From: Fervidobacterium sp.
GTDB lineage: Bacteria > Thermotogota > Thermotogae > Thermotogales > Fervidobacteriaceae
Assembly (NCBI GenBank): GCA_049970055.1
Contig: JBMFNR010000001.1
Coordinates: 231,200-295,199, forward strand
Reading direction: 5' to 3'
DNA: 64,000 nucleotides
Numbering within the stretch: position 1 is the stretch's first letter; each line of letters begins with the position of its first letter. The notes beneath the pieces are model-generated. The model was not told the DNA's origin. It saw nothing but the letters and a program-made list of their open reading frames with translations, and did no database searches. This document shows positions 19,504 through 29,176 of this stretch, piece after piece. A program made the translations under genes and the position numbers.

Positions 19504-20868
19504 TCAGTATTCTTCTATATCTGCCATTAGTAATTCACGTGCTATAGCATTATCTACTTTACTTGCAATCAAACCAATTGCTGCGAATATATAATATTTA
19601 TCTTTCATAAATTTTATTTCCTCTGGTGGCAATAATTCCATGGGGTGTAACTTTGAAAGGTGTTTTACACTTTCTAGTACCTCCTTTGCGTATTTTGAGC
19701 GTGAAAGAAATCCACCAGTTCCGAAAATGACTTTAACAGCCGTTAGATCTTTGCCTTCAGCAATTGTTCTCCTACCTGTTGGAGTATAAAGGTGCTTTTT
19801 ACTACCGGCGTGCCTTCTTACCCCTTGCTGCACACAAAACATCGCAAGTTTGCTGACAAAATATTCATCTTTATCTGATTGTGGGTAAGGACTAATCCTT
19901 GTTATCAATTCATCGTAATCTTCAAATTGTTTTCGTAAATTTTCCTCTCCAATCATTTCAATAACGTTGTGTGCATTTACGAAAAGTCCGAGGTCTCCCT
20001 CAACGGTTCTTTTTGCGAATGGCTCTGGAGAAACCAACATTTCCTGAATCTCCGGTGAACCATCTGTAACTGAATCAACATCCGTTGTTGCACCACCAAT
20101 ATCTATTGTTAAACAATCTCCGTAAAGTTCGTAAGCAAGTTCCGTTGTTCTCATAACAGCGGCGGGAGTCGGTATAATCTCATAGTTTACCATATCTTTA
20201 ATTTTCTCCATCCCGGGTGCTTTTATTATATGCTCGGCAAACACTTCTTTGATCACATTTCTCGTTGGTTCCACATTAAGGTAATCTATCCTTGGATAGA
20301 CATTCTCTGTTACGTAAACTTTTTTTCCTGCGCTAGTCAAAATGTACTCCACATGTTCTGCTGCTGCCACATTTCCTGAGTAGATTATTGGAACGTCCAA
20401 TTCAAGTTTTGCAATCATCTTCGCATTGTGAATGACCGTCTCGCTCTCGCCGTAATCAACGCCACCAGCCAGTAATATTAACTTCGGTTGTATAGATACA
20501 ATCTTTTTCAAATGAAAATCGTCCATTTTTCCAGCCGTTACATACTTTATAACTGCTCCCGCACCGAGCGCAGCTTCACGTGCTGCACGAACGGTCATAT
20601 CGTACACAAGACCGTGGACGGTCATTTTCAGTCCTCCGGCGGCACTACTTGTCGCAGCAAACTTCTCCCATACAATCTTTCCTTGCAATTTTTCTTCCAA
20701 TTTTTTCAGAGCGTACTCTATACCTATAGTTACATCTCCTTCATTCACTGTTGTCCAATGTTCTGCTTGAGCAACCACTTTTGGCTTGTGACCAAAACAA
20801 AATGCCGTTAATACAGTTGTGGTTGAACCAATTTCTGCAAAAAGTAAGTCAACTTTCTCTTTTTTCAT
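19504..20868 (-). CDS. GlmL/MutL-like (ASKHA fold) reactivating factor of AdoCbl aminomutases, ornithine-degradation type
   Basis: AEIGSTTT, SSAAGGL, LAGGVDYG, PTPAAV, DIGGATTDV, KRTVEGDLG, GTGG. Confidence 0.85.
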   Translation of the reverse strand: MKKEKVDLLFAEIGSTTTVLTAFCFGHKPKVVAQAEHWTTVNEGDVTIGIEYALKKLEEKLQGKIVWEKFAATSSAAGGLKMTVHGLVYDMTVRAAREAALGAGAVIKYVTAGKMDDFHLKKIVSIQPKLILLAGGVDYGESETVIHNAKMIAKLELDVPIIYSGNVAAAEHVEYILTSAGKKVYVTENVYPRIDYLNVEPTRNVIKEVFAEHIIKAPGMEKIKDMVNYEIIPTPAAVMRTTELAYELYGDCLTIDIGGATTDVDSVTDGSPEIQEMLVSPEPFAKRTVEGDLGLFVNAHNVIEMIGEENLRKQFEDYDELITRISPYPQSDKDEYFVSKLAMFCVQQGVRRHAGSKKHLYTPTGRRTIAEGKDLTAVKVIFGTGGFLSRSKYAKEVLESVKHLSKLHPMELLPPEEIKFMKDKYYIFAAIGLIASKVDNAIARELLMADIEEY

Positions 20869-21190
20869 TCTGCCCCACTCCCTACACTGGTAAATATCAA
20901 GTTTATCATCAAGTCTATTATACAACAAATGTTAACCAAGGCTATATCAATTTAGATGAAAAGGTAAACTAATAATTATTTAAGAGCGTTTTAAAACCAT
21001 ACGGTGAAAACTTATGAAAGAGTAAGGAAAAGTAAGGATTTTCAATATCTTTATTATTTTTTTCTTTCTGAAAGAAATATTTTAAAGATCAGTATATTTA
21101 GTTTCACAATGGGTAGTGTGGTATATTTCAATTAGTCACGTGGAGTGACATGTTGGTCGCCCACACTAAGTTAAGGGAGGTTGAGTTTTT

Positions 21191-22270
21191 ATGAAAAGGT
21201 TGGTACTTTTGGGATTGTTTACGGTGTTGATTCTTTCGGCTGTATTGAACTTCGCCGTTGATATTGGTATTGTACTTCCAACAAATGTTGAACCACGCTG
21301 GATTCAAGATGAAACGAGGTTTAGAGAATTGCTAAAAAACACAAAGTATTCTGTTGAAATTCTTTTCAGCCAAGGTACTCCTGCGAAGGAAAGAGAAAAT
21401 GTCGAAGCATTACTTTCAAAAGGTGCAAAGGTTATTATCATTTGTCCACACGACGCAGTTGCTGCAGCAGTTTCAGCGGAATTGGCTAAAAAATCCGGCG
21501 CATATGTGATTTCTTACGACAGACTTATCATGAACACAGCAGCGGTAGATTACTATGTGACATTTGACAGTATTGAAGTCGGCAGAGCAATGGGAAGATT
21601 TCTCGTACAAAATGTAAAACCAGGAACCAAGAATAACCCACTCTACCTATATGCAGGTGCCCTTTCCGACAACAATTCGTTCCTTTTCTTCCAAGGTGCA
21701 TGGGAGATACTCCAACCAAAGATAGCAGATGGTACGTTCAGGATAATTAACTCAAGCGAAGCTGAAAAAGTTAAGAACAAAAAAGATCTTACAAGAGATG
21801 AAATGTCAAAAATAATCGGACAAGTTACAACAAACTGGGATTTCAATGTTGCGAAGAAAAAAGCTGAGGATGACCTTACGAAAGCAAAGAACACAGACAA
21901 GGGTGTAGTCTATATTCTTGCTCCAAATGATGGTACAGCAAGAGCCATTGCTGATGCATTCAGAGCCGACAAAGCTGTTAAAGAGTATTTCATAACAGGT
22001 CAAGATGCCGAAAAGGCTTCCGTACAATACATAATTGATGGTAAACAGTCGATGACAGTTTTCAAGGACACAAGAGTTCTTGCTGGTGACGCTATTAAAG
22101 TTGCTCAGTTACTTCTTGAAGGTAAAAAACCAACAACAACTGCAACGTATGATAACGGAAAGATAAAAGTTCCCGCTATTCAATCAGAAATCCAAGTTGT
22201 AACTAAAGACAATGTGAAGAAGATTCTCATTGAATCAGGATACTACAAAGAATCAGATTTCAAATGGTAA
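21191..22270 (+). CDS. monosaccharide ABC transporter substrate-binding protein (ChvE/XylF-like)
   Basis: Signal peptide, PRWIQD, ISYDRLI, YYVTFD, DNNS, PNDG, TGQDAE, TVFKDTR. Confidence 0.92.
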   Translation: MKRLVLLGLFTVLILSAVLNFAVDIGIVLPTNVEPRWIQDETRFRELLKNTKYSVEILFSQGTPAKERENVEALLSKGAKVIIICPHDAVAAAVSAELAKKSGAYVISYDRLIMNTAAVDYYVTFDSIEVGRAMGRFLVQNVKPGTKNNPLYLYAGALSDNNSFLFFQGAWEILQPKIADGTFRIINSSEAEKVKNKKDLTRDEMSKIIGQVTTNWDFNVAKKKAEDDLTKAKNTDKGVVYILAPNDGTARAIADAFRADKAVKEYFITGQDAEKASVQYIIDGKQSMTVFKDTRVLAGDAIKVAQLLLEGKKPTTTATYDNGKIKVPAIQSEIQVVTKDNVKKILIESGYYKESDFKW

Positions 22271-22318
22271 AACATCGAGATAAATTAGAAAAGTAACCTT
22301 TTAATTTAAATAAGGTGG

Positions 22319-22348
22319 ATAAGGTGGCGTGAAAGACCGCCACCTTAT
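22319..22348 (+). terminator. intercistronic stem-loop after the binding-protein gene (mRNA stabiliser or partial terminator)
   Basis: ATAAGGTGGCG-8 nt-CGCCACCTTAT, 11-bp stem with a weak U-tract. Confidence 0.6.
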
Positions 22349-22439
22349 TCAAAGAATGAAAATGTATTAATTCACTAAAGTATAGCTAAAAGGTATAATT
22401 TGAGTGTAAAAAGGCATAAAAGAGAGGTGAAATACCGAG

Positions 22440-23963
22440 ATGAGTGATTACATACTGCAGATGAGAGGTATTACCAAAACATTTCCAGGTGTAAAAGCTC
22501 TTGATAATGTTGACTTCAAGGTAAAGCGTGGAGAAATTCACTGTCTTGTTGGAGAAAATGGTTCTGGTAAGTCAACACTAATGAAAGTACTAAGTGGCTT
22601 TTACTCTTACGGGGAATACGAAGGGGAAATTATCTTCGAGGGAAAAGTTCAAAAATTTAGGCATATACATGACAGTGAAAAAGTTGGAATTGTTACGATA
22701 TATCAAGAGCTAGCTCTTATTCCTGAATTAACGGTACACGAGAATATATTTCTTGGTCATGAAATTAAAGATGGAATGTTTGTCAATTGGAATGAAACGA
22801 TAAGGAAGGCCAAAGAAGTACTCCAAAAACTGAAACCTGACTTGGATACTTCCAGGAAGATCAAAGACCTTGGTGTAGGCCATCAGCAGATTGTAGAAAT
22901 AGCAAAGGCGTTGACTAAAAATGTAAAGTTACTTGTCTTGGATGAACCGACATCTTCATTGAACGAAGATGACAGCGAAAATCTGCTGCGGATTATAAGA
23001 GAGTTAAAAAAGCAGGGGATAACATCTATACTTATATCCCACAAATTAAAAGAGGTTATAGAAGTTGCGGATTCAATAACAGTTCTCAGAGATGGGAAGA
23101 TGGTAGCTTACATTGATAAGAAGGAAGATTTTACGGAAAGAAATATAATTAAATACATGGTTGGAAGAGAAATTGAAGATATTTATCCAAAAAGGCAGAA
23201 GAGAGAGTACGGTGACAAGATTTTTGAAATAAGAAACTGGAAAGCTTTTGATCCAAAACTTGATAGGTATGTTGTCAAAAATGCAAATATGTACGTTCGA
23301 AAAGGTGAGATAGTTGGTATAGCCGGTCTTATGGGAGCGGGAAGAACAGAACTTGCGCTTAGCTTGTTTGGAAACGCGAAAGGTTACAAAGTTGAAGGTG
23401 AAATGTATTTTGATGGATCTTGGAGGAGATTTAAATCCCCAAGTGAAGCGATTAAGGAAGGATTTACATACCTCTCAGAGGACAGAAAAGTGCTTGGATT
23501 GATACTTGATTTCGATGTAAAAACAAATATTACACTTGCAGGTTTAAAACAACTGAAAAAAGGGCTTTTTGTAAACGAGAATGAAGAGATAGTTGTTTCG
23601 GAAAAATATAAGCATTCTTTGAAAATTAAGACTCCAACAGTTGAGCAAAAAGTAATGAATCTTAGCGGTGGTAACCAGCAAAAGGTTGCTATTGCAAAGT
23701 GGCTTTTTGTTAAGCCTAAACTCCTTGTTCTTGACGAGCCAACAAGAGGTATAGATGTCGGCGCAAAATATGAAATATATACACTCATGAATAGGATAGT
23801 TGAAGAGTATGGTATGAGTATAATAATGATTTCTTCTGAACTTCCAGAGGTGCTTGGAATGAGCGACAGAATCTATGTAATGTCTGGCGGAAAAATCGTG
23901 GGTGAACTTGAGAGATCGGAAGCTACTCAAGAAAAAATAATGGCCATGGCTGTTGAATACTAA
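22440..23963 (+). CDS. sugar ABC transporter ATP-binding protein (GguA/XylG-like, two ABC domains)
   Basis: GENGSGKST, LDEPT x2, LSGGNQQK. Confidence 0.95.
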   Translation: MSDYILQMRGITKTFPGVKALDNVDFKVKRGEIHCLVGENGSGKSTLMKVLSGFYSYGEYEGEIIFEGKVQKFRHIHDSEKVGIVTIYQELALIPELTVHENIFLGHEIKDGMFVNWNETIRKAKEVLQKLKPDLDTSRKIKDLGVGHQQIVEIAKALTKNVKLLVLDEPTSSLNEDDSENLLRIIRELKKQGITSILISHKLKEVIEVADSITVLRDGKMVAYIDKKEDFTERNIIKYMVGREIEDIYPKRQKREYGDKIFEIRNWKAFDPKLDRYVVKNANMYVRKGEIVGIAGLMGAGRTELALSLFGNAKGYKVEGEMYFDGSWRRFKSPSEAIKEGFTYLSEDRKVLGLILDFDVKTNITLAGLKQLKKGLFVNENEEIVVSEKYKHSLKIKTPTVEQKVMNLSGGNQQKVAIAKWLFVKPKLLVLDEPTRGIDVGAKYEIYTLMNRIVEEYGMSIIMISSELPEVLGMSDRIYVMSGGKIVGELERSEATQEKIMAMAVEY

Positions 23964-23976
23964 GGAGGGTTGTAAA

Positions 23977-25149
23977 ATGGGGTTTTTTGGTGAGTTGAAA
24001 GAGCTTTTGAAAAAGAACATTCGTGAGTACGGTATGTACATAGCTCTTGGTGTTATAATGGCCATCTTTACCATTCTTACGAATGGATTGTTTTTCTCTT
24101 CAAGGAATATCAGCAACTTATTCAATCAAATGGGGTATATAGCTGTTCTTGCCGTTGGCATGACGCTTGTTATTGTTATAAGGCACATAGACCTTTCTGT
24201 TGGTTTTATGGCGGGTTTCTTGGGAGCAATTGCGGCAAGACTTCTTAGAGACGGAATGCCCGTTTTACCTACTATTTTAATTGTTTTAGGTCTCGGAACT
24301 GTGTTCGGACTGGCAAATGGTTTCTTGGTTGCAAACGTTGGACTTCCTGCTTTTGTTGCAACGCTTGCCGGTATGATGATTTTTAGAGGAGCGCTTTTGT
24401 TGTTTACACAAAGTACTGGTACGATTATCGTCATGGAAGATCATTTCAATGCTATCGGAAATGGATACATACCGGATTTGTTTAAGATAGGAGATATTCA
24501 TGGCCTAACGCTTTTAATCGGAATAGTTATCGTTGGATTGTATGTATTCAATGAGGTAAAAACGAGAAACAATAAACTTAAGTACAACTTTGAAGTTCTC
24601 TCTATTAGGATGTTCATCTTAAAATTATTTTTCGTTTCTGCTATCATATTCTATGTATTTTGGATTCTCGCGAATTATAACGGCCTTTCATGGACATTTG
24701 TTATTACACTATTGATAACTTTCGTTTATCATGTATTGACAACCAAAACGGTTCTTGGAAGACACATATACGCAGTCGGTGGTAACCCCGAAGCTGCAAA
24801 CCTCAGTGGTATAGATGTTAATAAAATAACGCTTTTTGTATTCAGTTCTATGGGGTTCTTGACAGCTGTCTCTGGGATTTTGTACACATCAAGACTACAA
24901 TCAGCAACTCCGGATGCGGGAACACTTTTTGAACTCGACGCTATAGCCGCTGCGTACGTAGGTGGTGTTTCAGCTGCTGGTGGTGTTGGAAAAGTAGCGA
25001 ACTCTCTCATTGGAGCACTCGTTATGGCTTCACTCATCAACGGAATGAATCTATTAGGAGTTGGAATATCTTTGCAGTACATCATAAGAGGCCTAGTTTT
25101 AGTGGTTGCTGTTGTTTTCGATATTAAAACAAGAAGTAAAGTCAGTTGA
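23977..25149 (+). CDS. sugar ABC transporter permease (GguB/XylH-like)
   Basis: HIDLSVG, GRHIYAVGGNPEAA.LSGI, ELDAIAA; ATG 23977 behind AGGAGG. Confidence 0.95.
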   Translation: MGFFGELKELLKKNIREYGMYIALGVIMAIFTILTNGLFFSSRNISNLFNQMGYIAVLAVGMTLVIVIRHIDLSVGFMAGFLGAIAARLLRDGMPVLPTILIVLGLGTVFGLANGFLVANVGLPAFVATLAGMMIFRGALLLFTQSTGTIIVMEDHFNAIGNGYIPDLFKIGDIHGLTLLIGIVIVGLYVFNEVKTRNNKLKYNFEVLSIRMFILKLFFVSAIIFYVFWILANYNGLSWTFVITLLITFVYHVLTTKTVLGRHIYAVGGNPEAANLSGIDVNKITLFVFSSMGFLTAVSGILYTSRLQSATPDAGTLFELDAIAAAYVGGVSAAGGVGKVANSLIGALVMASLINGMNLLGVGISLQYIIRGLVLVVAVVFDIKTRSKVS

Positions 25150-25190
25150 TACATAAGGATATGATTAGCTACATTCAGGGGGAGTCTACT

Positions 25191-26306
25191 TTGAAAAAAA
25201 TCTTGCATTCTATGATGAAAGAGAACAATTATTCCTTACTATTGAGAACAATCTTTCACAATAAATCGATTGAACGTGTGAATTTAGTTAGACAGACAGG
25301 ACTCTCTCCAAGTACTGTCACTCGATGTGTTTCACAACTTGTTGAAAATAAAATCATTATAGAGACAGGGCCCCTGGTTGAACGATCTGGCGTTGGAAGA
25401 AAAGCTATAAGCTTAAAGATAAATCCTGAATCGATGAAAGTACTACTTGTGGACATTGGTGCTGAAAGAACAAATTATGCACTTGGTTTTCCAGATGGTG
25501 AATTTGAAAAGCTCGAATCTTCGAAAACACCTGAAAGATTTGAAGATATCTTGGAAAATGTCAACGGATTACTAAAAAATTATCCCAAGGTGCAAGTTGT
25601 TGCCTTTTCCATTCCTGGAATGGTCGACACTGATAATGCCACAATATTGTTCGTACCAAGTCGTGGATGGAAAAATATAAAAATCGAAATTCCCGAGAAA
25701 ATTGTCTATGCAGATAATGAAGCCAACTTAGCGATGATCGCAGAAGCATTTCAACATGAAAACATCAGAAAGTCCAAATGCTCAGTTTTTGTAACAGTTA
25801 GAGAAGGTGTTGGAACTGGATTGTGGATAAACGGTGTAATTTTCCGTGGACCTTCGTTCACTGCAGGTGAATTCGGCCATACCATATTTGATCTTAGTAG
25901 CAATGTTAAGTGTAGATCAGGAAACAAAGGATGTTTGGAGAGTTATATATCGATTTCATCGTACTTTGGAAAGGTAACTAAAGAATGGACCAAGTATTTA
26001 AATGAGCTTTACTCAAGGAAAGATAAGAAAATGGATTCATATATTGAGCTTCTTTCCAAAGGTCTTGTAAATATAGTTAATGCACTTAATCCGGAATACC
26101 TCATAATCGGTGGTGAGTTGTCCGGACTTCCGAGGGAATTTTATAATGATATAGAAAAAAGAGTAAAAAAACAAGCCTTAGAGCATTCAGCTAAGATTTT
26201 AAAGGTGCTTCCATCAACCTTTACACATGATACCTACTTGTATGGTGCATTGTATGCAGTGATAGAAGAAATATTTATTCCAGAAGCCATCTCCTCTATA
26301 AGCTAG
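25191..26306 (+). CDS. ROK-family transcriptional repressor (XylR-like)
   Basis: N-terminal HTH (TGLSPSTVT, VGRKA), NEANL, EGVGTG, AGEFGH, CRSGNKGCLE. Confidence 0.92.
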   Translation: MKKILHSMMKENNYSLLLRTIFHNKSIERVNLVRQTGLSPSTVTRCVSQLVENKIIIETGPLVERSGVGRKAISLKINPESMKVLLVDIGAERTNYALGFPDGEFEKLESSKTPERFEDILENVNGLLKNYPKVQVVAFSIPGMVDTDNATILFVPSRGWKNIKIEIPEKIVYADNEANLAMIAEAFQHENIRKSKCSVFVTVREGVGTGLWINGVIFRGPSFTAGEFGHTIFDLSSNVKCRSGNKGCLESYISISSYFGKVTKEWTKYLNELYSRKDKKMDSYIELLSKGLVNIVNALNPEYLIIGGELSGLPREFYNDIEKRVKKQALEHSAKILKVLPSTFTHDTYLYGALYAVIEEIFIPEAISSIS

Positions 26307-26321
26307 ACGACAAAAATTCAT

Positions 26322-26355
26322 AACAAAAATGCAGGCTTTCGCCTGTATTTTTGTT
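26322..26355. terminator. bidirectional terminator between the ROK gene and lemA
   Basis: AACAAAAATGCAGGC-tttc-GCCTGTATTTTTGTT. Confidence 0.8.
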
Positions 26356-26383
26356 GTGGTGCATTTTTAAAATTTTGGAATTT

Positions 26384-26944
26384 TCAGAATTTTACTTCCG
26401 GTGGATTTTCCGTACCCGGTTTTGCTTCAAAGTATTGTCTTTCTGTAAATCTGGTACCGGCTATCAAGAAATACGGGAATTTCTTTATAAGGGTGTTGTA
26501 CTCCCTCACTGATTCGTTGTAATCTTTCCTTGCAACGGCGATTCTATTCTCAGTTCCGGCAAGTTCATCCATTAATTGCCTGAAGTTAGCGTCCGATTTC
26601 AAAGTTGGATAGTTTTCTACAATGACTAGTAACCTTGAGAGCACACCGGAGAGTTCGGCATCAGCCGTTGCTTGTTCTTGTGGAGTTTGAGCACCAGCGA
26701 GTTTTGCACGCGCATTTGCAAGAGCTTCAAAAATCTCACGTTCTTGCGCTGCATATCCTTTTACTGTCTCAACAAGATTTGGTATAAGATCTGCTCTTCG
26801 TTGCAACTGATTTTGAATTTGGCTATAAGCCTCGTTTACTTTCTGTTCCAGGGCAACCATTTTGTTGTAAGCACCGATAAACCATAATGCGAAAGCTAAG
26901 ATGATAACTACAATCCCAACCAAAGCTATAACACCTTTTTTCAT
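26384..26944 (-). CDS. lemA: LemA family protein
   Basis: TM helix, QRRADLIPNLV, ENYPTLKSD, ENRIAVAR..YN; ATG 26944 behind GGAGGTG. Confidence 0.95.
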   Translation of the reverse strand: MKKGVIALVGIVVIILAFALWFIGAYNKMVALEQKVNEAYSQIQNQLQRRADLIPNLVETVKGYAAQEREIFEALANARAKLAGAQTPQEQATADAELSGVLSRLLVIVENYPTLKSDANFRQLMDELAGTENRIAVARKDYNESVREYNTLIKKFPYFLIAGTRFTERQYFEAKPGTENPPEVKF

Positions 26945-26999
26945 TGATTTCACCTCCGTATGTTCGTATATTCGTAGATAATTTATTATAACTCTTTTT

Positions 27000-27926
27000 T
27001 CAAACAATTTCTATCTTTGTATTTTCATCAACATGCCCAATTATATGTCCGGAAAGTTTTTCTGCAAGTTTTTGTGCTTGTTCTCTACTGGTTATTACTA
27101 ACATCCCATAACCCATGTTAAATGTTTTAAGTGCTTCTTGGATTTCGACGTACTGTAATATCCATCTCATGTAGTCTGGTAATTTTATAGTTATATCCCA
27201 ACCTTTGTCTTTTAAAATTCTTTTCAGTGCACGAAGTATTCCGCCACCGGTTACGTGAGCTAGTGCTTTGATCTTGTCGAAATTCACTGGAACTTCACTG
27301 TATATCTTTGTGCCTGTTAGTAAATCAAACGGCAATTCGTGAATATTTATTTTTTCTTGTTCAATTATCTTCCTTATCAAAGACCATCCGTTCGAATGAA
27401 AGCCGCTTGCCGGTAAGCCGATTATTACATCGCCGTGTTCTACACATTCGATTGGTAATCTTTTTTGGAGTACTCCAACACAAAAACCTGCGACGTCCCA
27501 ATCACTTTCTGTGTAAATAGAGGGTATTTCAGCGGTTTCGCCTGCAACTAAAGACATATTTACACTTTCAAGTTCATAAATCAAAGCCTTTATGAATTCA
27601 TAGTGTTGCCTGTCTATGTGGTGCACTCCAAGGTAGTCGACGAAGGCTTTTGGAACCGCTCCTGCGCATATTATATCGTTGTAATTCATACCAATTAAAT
27701 CTTTAGCTGCATCATGCCATCTTTCGAACTGAACGTGCAATAACAACTTTGAACCGATCCCGTCGGCAGTCACGACAACTGGTGGATCTGTGAAGGTTAA
27801 TATAGTTGCGTATCCTGTTGGTTCTCTTAAAACCCAATCTGGAAGTTTGAGAATTGATTGGATATAATCTGTAAACTCATCGTTTCTCAACACGTCGACA
27901 CCTGATGAAGAGTAGGTGTAATTCAT
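27000..27926 (-). CDS. purM: AIR synthetase
   Basis: Y..SGVD, DGIGSK, GETAE, SGFHSNG, AHVTGGG, TFNMG. Confidence 0.95.
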   Translation of the reverse strand: MNYTYSSSGVDVLRNDEFTDYIQSILKLPDWVLREPTGYATILTFTDPPVVVTADGIGSKLLLHVQFERWHDAAKDLIGMNYNDIICAGAVPKAFVDYLGVHHIDRQHYEFIKALIYELESVNMSLVAGETAEIPSIYTESDWDVAGFCVGVLQKRLPIECVEHGDVIIGLPASGFHSNGWSLIRKIIEQEKINIHELPFDLLTGTKIYSEVPVNFDKIKALAHVTGGGILRALKRILKDKGWDITIKLPDYMRWILQYVEIQEALKTFNMGYGMLVITSREQAQKLAEKLSGHIIGHVDENTKIEIV

Positions 27927-27928
27927 AC

Positions 27929-29158
27929 TCATTCCTCCATCCATGCAATATCGCTTCTGTAGTGCATACCTTCGAAATGAATGTTTTTGATATTTTCATA
28001 TGCGTACGCTCGTGCTTGCTCTAGTGTTTGCCCCACGCCGACAGAGTGCAACACCCTACCACCGCTGACAATAAATTTTCCGTCTTTTTCACTTACACCG
28101 GCGTAGAATATATGTGAGTTCCCATTTGCATTTTCTCTTTCATCTATTGTTATTTCTTGTCCTTTCCTAGGATTTTCCGGATATCCTTCGGATGCTATTA
28201 CAACGTCGACAGCAAATTTCTGGGGAGTATATTCATTACAATTCTCATTAGTGTAGGCTTTTAAGATATTCTCCACGAAGTGCTCTGGATCCATCGCAAC
28301 TATTACCTCAGTCTCCGGATCGCCAAGTCTTACATTGTACTCAAGTACGTAAGGCTCGTTATTAACAACCATTAGCCCAATGTACAAAAATCCACGGTAT
28401 CTTATTTTTTCCTTTATCAAACCATTCAAAGTCTTTGAAAATATTTCTCTGATCCTTTCTTTTAACTTTTCATCTATACTGATAGGGCCAAAAGCTCCCA
28501 TCCCGCCTGTGTTGGGGCCTTTGTTTCCCGTCAAGGCGCGTTTGTAATCTTTCGTGAATGGTAGGAGCACAAATTGATGACCGTTTATGATACTTATTGC
28601 AGATAATTCCCAACCATCTAAAAATTCATCTATAAGTACAGGTCCTTTTACGTTAGAGATCAGCTCTCCGTCAATTAACTTCTTACCTACTTGCATAGCT
28701 TCTTCGAAAGTATTGCATATAACAACGCCTTTACCTTGGGCAAGTCCATCAGCTTTAATAACGTACGGAGGACTAAACCCTTTGAGTGCATCATTTAGTG
28801 AGTGGGAGTCGGTAGCTATCATAAACCTTGCAGTTGGTATATCGTATTTTTTCATGAACCTTTTTGCGAAGATCTTTGAACCTTCTAATTGTGCACCTTC
28901 CGAATCTGGTCCAAAAACATTTGAAAGTTTGTCAGCTACCCCTTTAACAAGGTATTCTTCAGAACCGGGTATCACTAAATCGTAATTGCTCAGTTCATCA
29001 AAAGTTTTTAGCTTTATATTCTTCCCAAGGTATTTCGTACCGGCGTTTCCCGGGTAAAAGTAAACATCGTAACCAATTTTTTTAAATGCCCAACCTATTG
29101 CGTGCTCTCTTCCCCCACTTCCAAGGATACACACACTTTTAATGCCGGATTTACACAT
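27929..29158 (-). CDS. purD: phosphoribosylamine-glycine ligase
   Basis: GSGGREHA, LEGSK, KADGLAQGKGV, GPNTGGMG, EYNVRLGDPE. Confidence 0.96.
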   Translation of the reverse strand: MCKSGIKSVCILGSGGREHAIGWAFKKIGYDVYFYPGNAGTKYLGKNIKLKTFDELSNYDLVIPGSEEYLVKGVADKLSNVFGPDSEGAQLEGSKIFAKRFMKKYDIPTARFMIATDSHSLNDALKGFSPPYVIKADGLAQGKGVVICNTFEEAMQVGKKLIDGELISNVKGPVLIDEFLDGWELSAISIINGHQFVLLPFTKDYKRALTGNKGPNTGGMGAFGPISIDEKLKERIREIFSKTLNGLIKEKIRYRGFLYIGLMVVNNEPYVLEYNVRLGDPETEVIVAMDPEHFVENILKAYTNENCNEYTPQKFAVDVVIASEGYPENPRKGQEITIDERENANGNSHIFYAGVSEKDGKFIVSGGRVLHSVGVGQTLEQARAYAYENIKNIHFEGMHYRSDIAWMEE

Positions 29159-29176
29159 ATTCTTCATCCTCCGCAT

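Noticed and set aside
23384..25208. Long antisense ORFs over the ABC genes and similar ones elsewhere
   Set aside because: They lie opposite well-supported genes, with no RBS or recognisable motifs
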